From Phoronis australis (taxonomy: Eukaryota; Animalia; Phoronida), in the NCBI GenBank assembly GCA_002633005.1, contig NMRA01000196.1, positions 83,632 through 147,631 of the forward strand: a stretch of DNA of 64,000 nucleotides, given 5' to 3'. Below, piece after piece: positions 63,950 to 64,000 of the stretch (position 1 is its first letter; each line of letters begins with the position of its first letter). The position numbers and the translations under genes were made by a program. The notes below the pieces were generated by a model that saw only the letters and a list, made by a program, of their open reading frames with translations, did no database searches and was not told the origin of the DNA.

Positions 63950-64000
63950 AAATTTACCAACATACGAGATTAGCACAGCATTAGAATGCCAGAAACAAAT
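63950..64000 (-). repeat. Fragment of another copy of the 18745-20721 element, inverted
   Basis: The reverse complement is identical to 20435-20485. Confidence 0.8.

Overview
AT-rich, intron-containing animal DNA, probably from a marine invertebrate (possibly a lophotrochozoan). It has three assembly gaps: 22348-22370, 57777-57948 and 63577-63949. Three genes can be spliced together by eye. (1) BBS5 on +, nine coding exons at 3869-18081; its first exon is not in the window. (2) An orphan 4-exon gene on + (30075-32158) encoding a ~373-aa type I membrane protein, which the ORF track shows only as four separate pieces. (3) An animal type I polyketide synthase on - (48258-56505) with KS-AT-DH-pseudoER-KR-ACP and no thioesterase; its N-terminal KS exon(s) were not found. 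The rest is mostly DNA-transposon material: four TTAA-flanked Kolobok-type elements (one keeps a KolX/P2X7-ballast-like ORF facing a THAP ORF), a decayed intron-containing THAP/P-element transposase (35101-41254), a Helentron-associated element carrying a ~450-bp satellite rich in CTCF-like motifs, a TIR element with a decayed HIRAN-like ORF, an Academ-like fragment, several MITEs and minisatellites. All family assignments come from motif recognition and memory, not from database searches.
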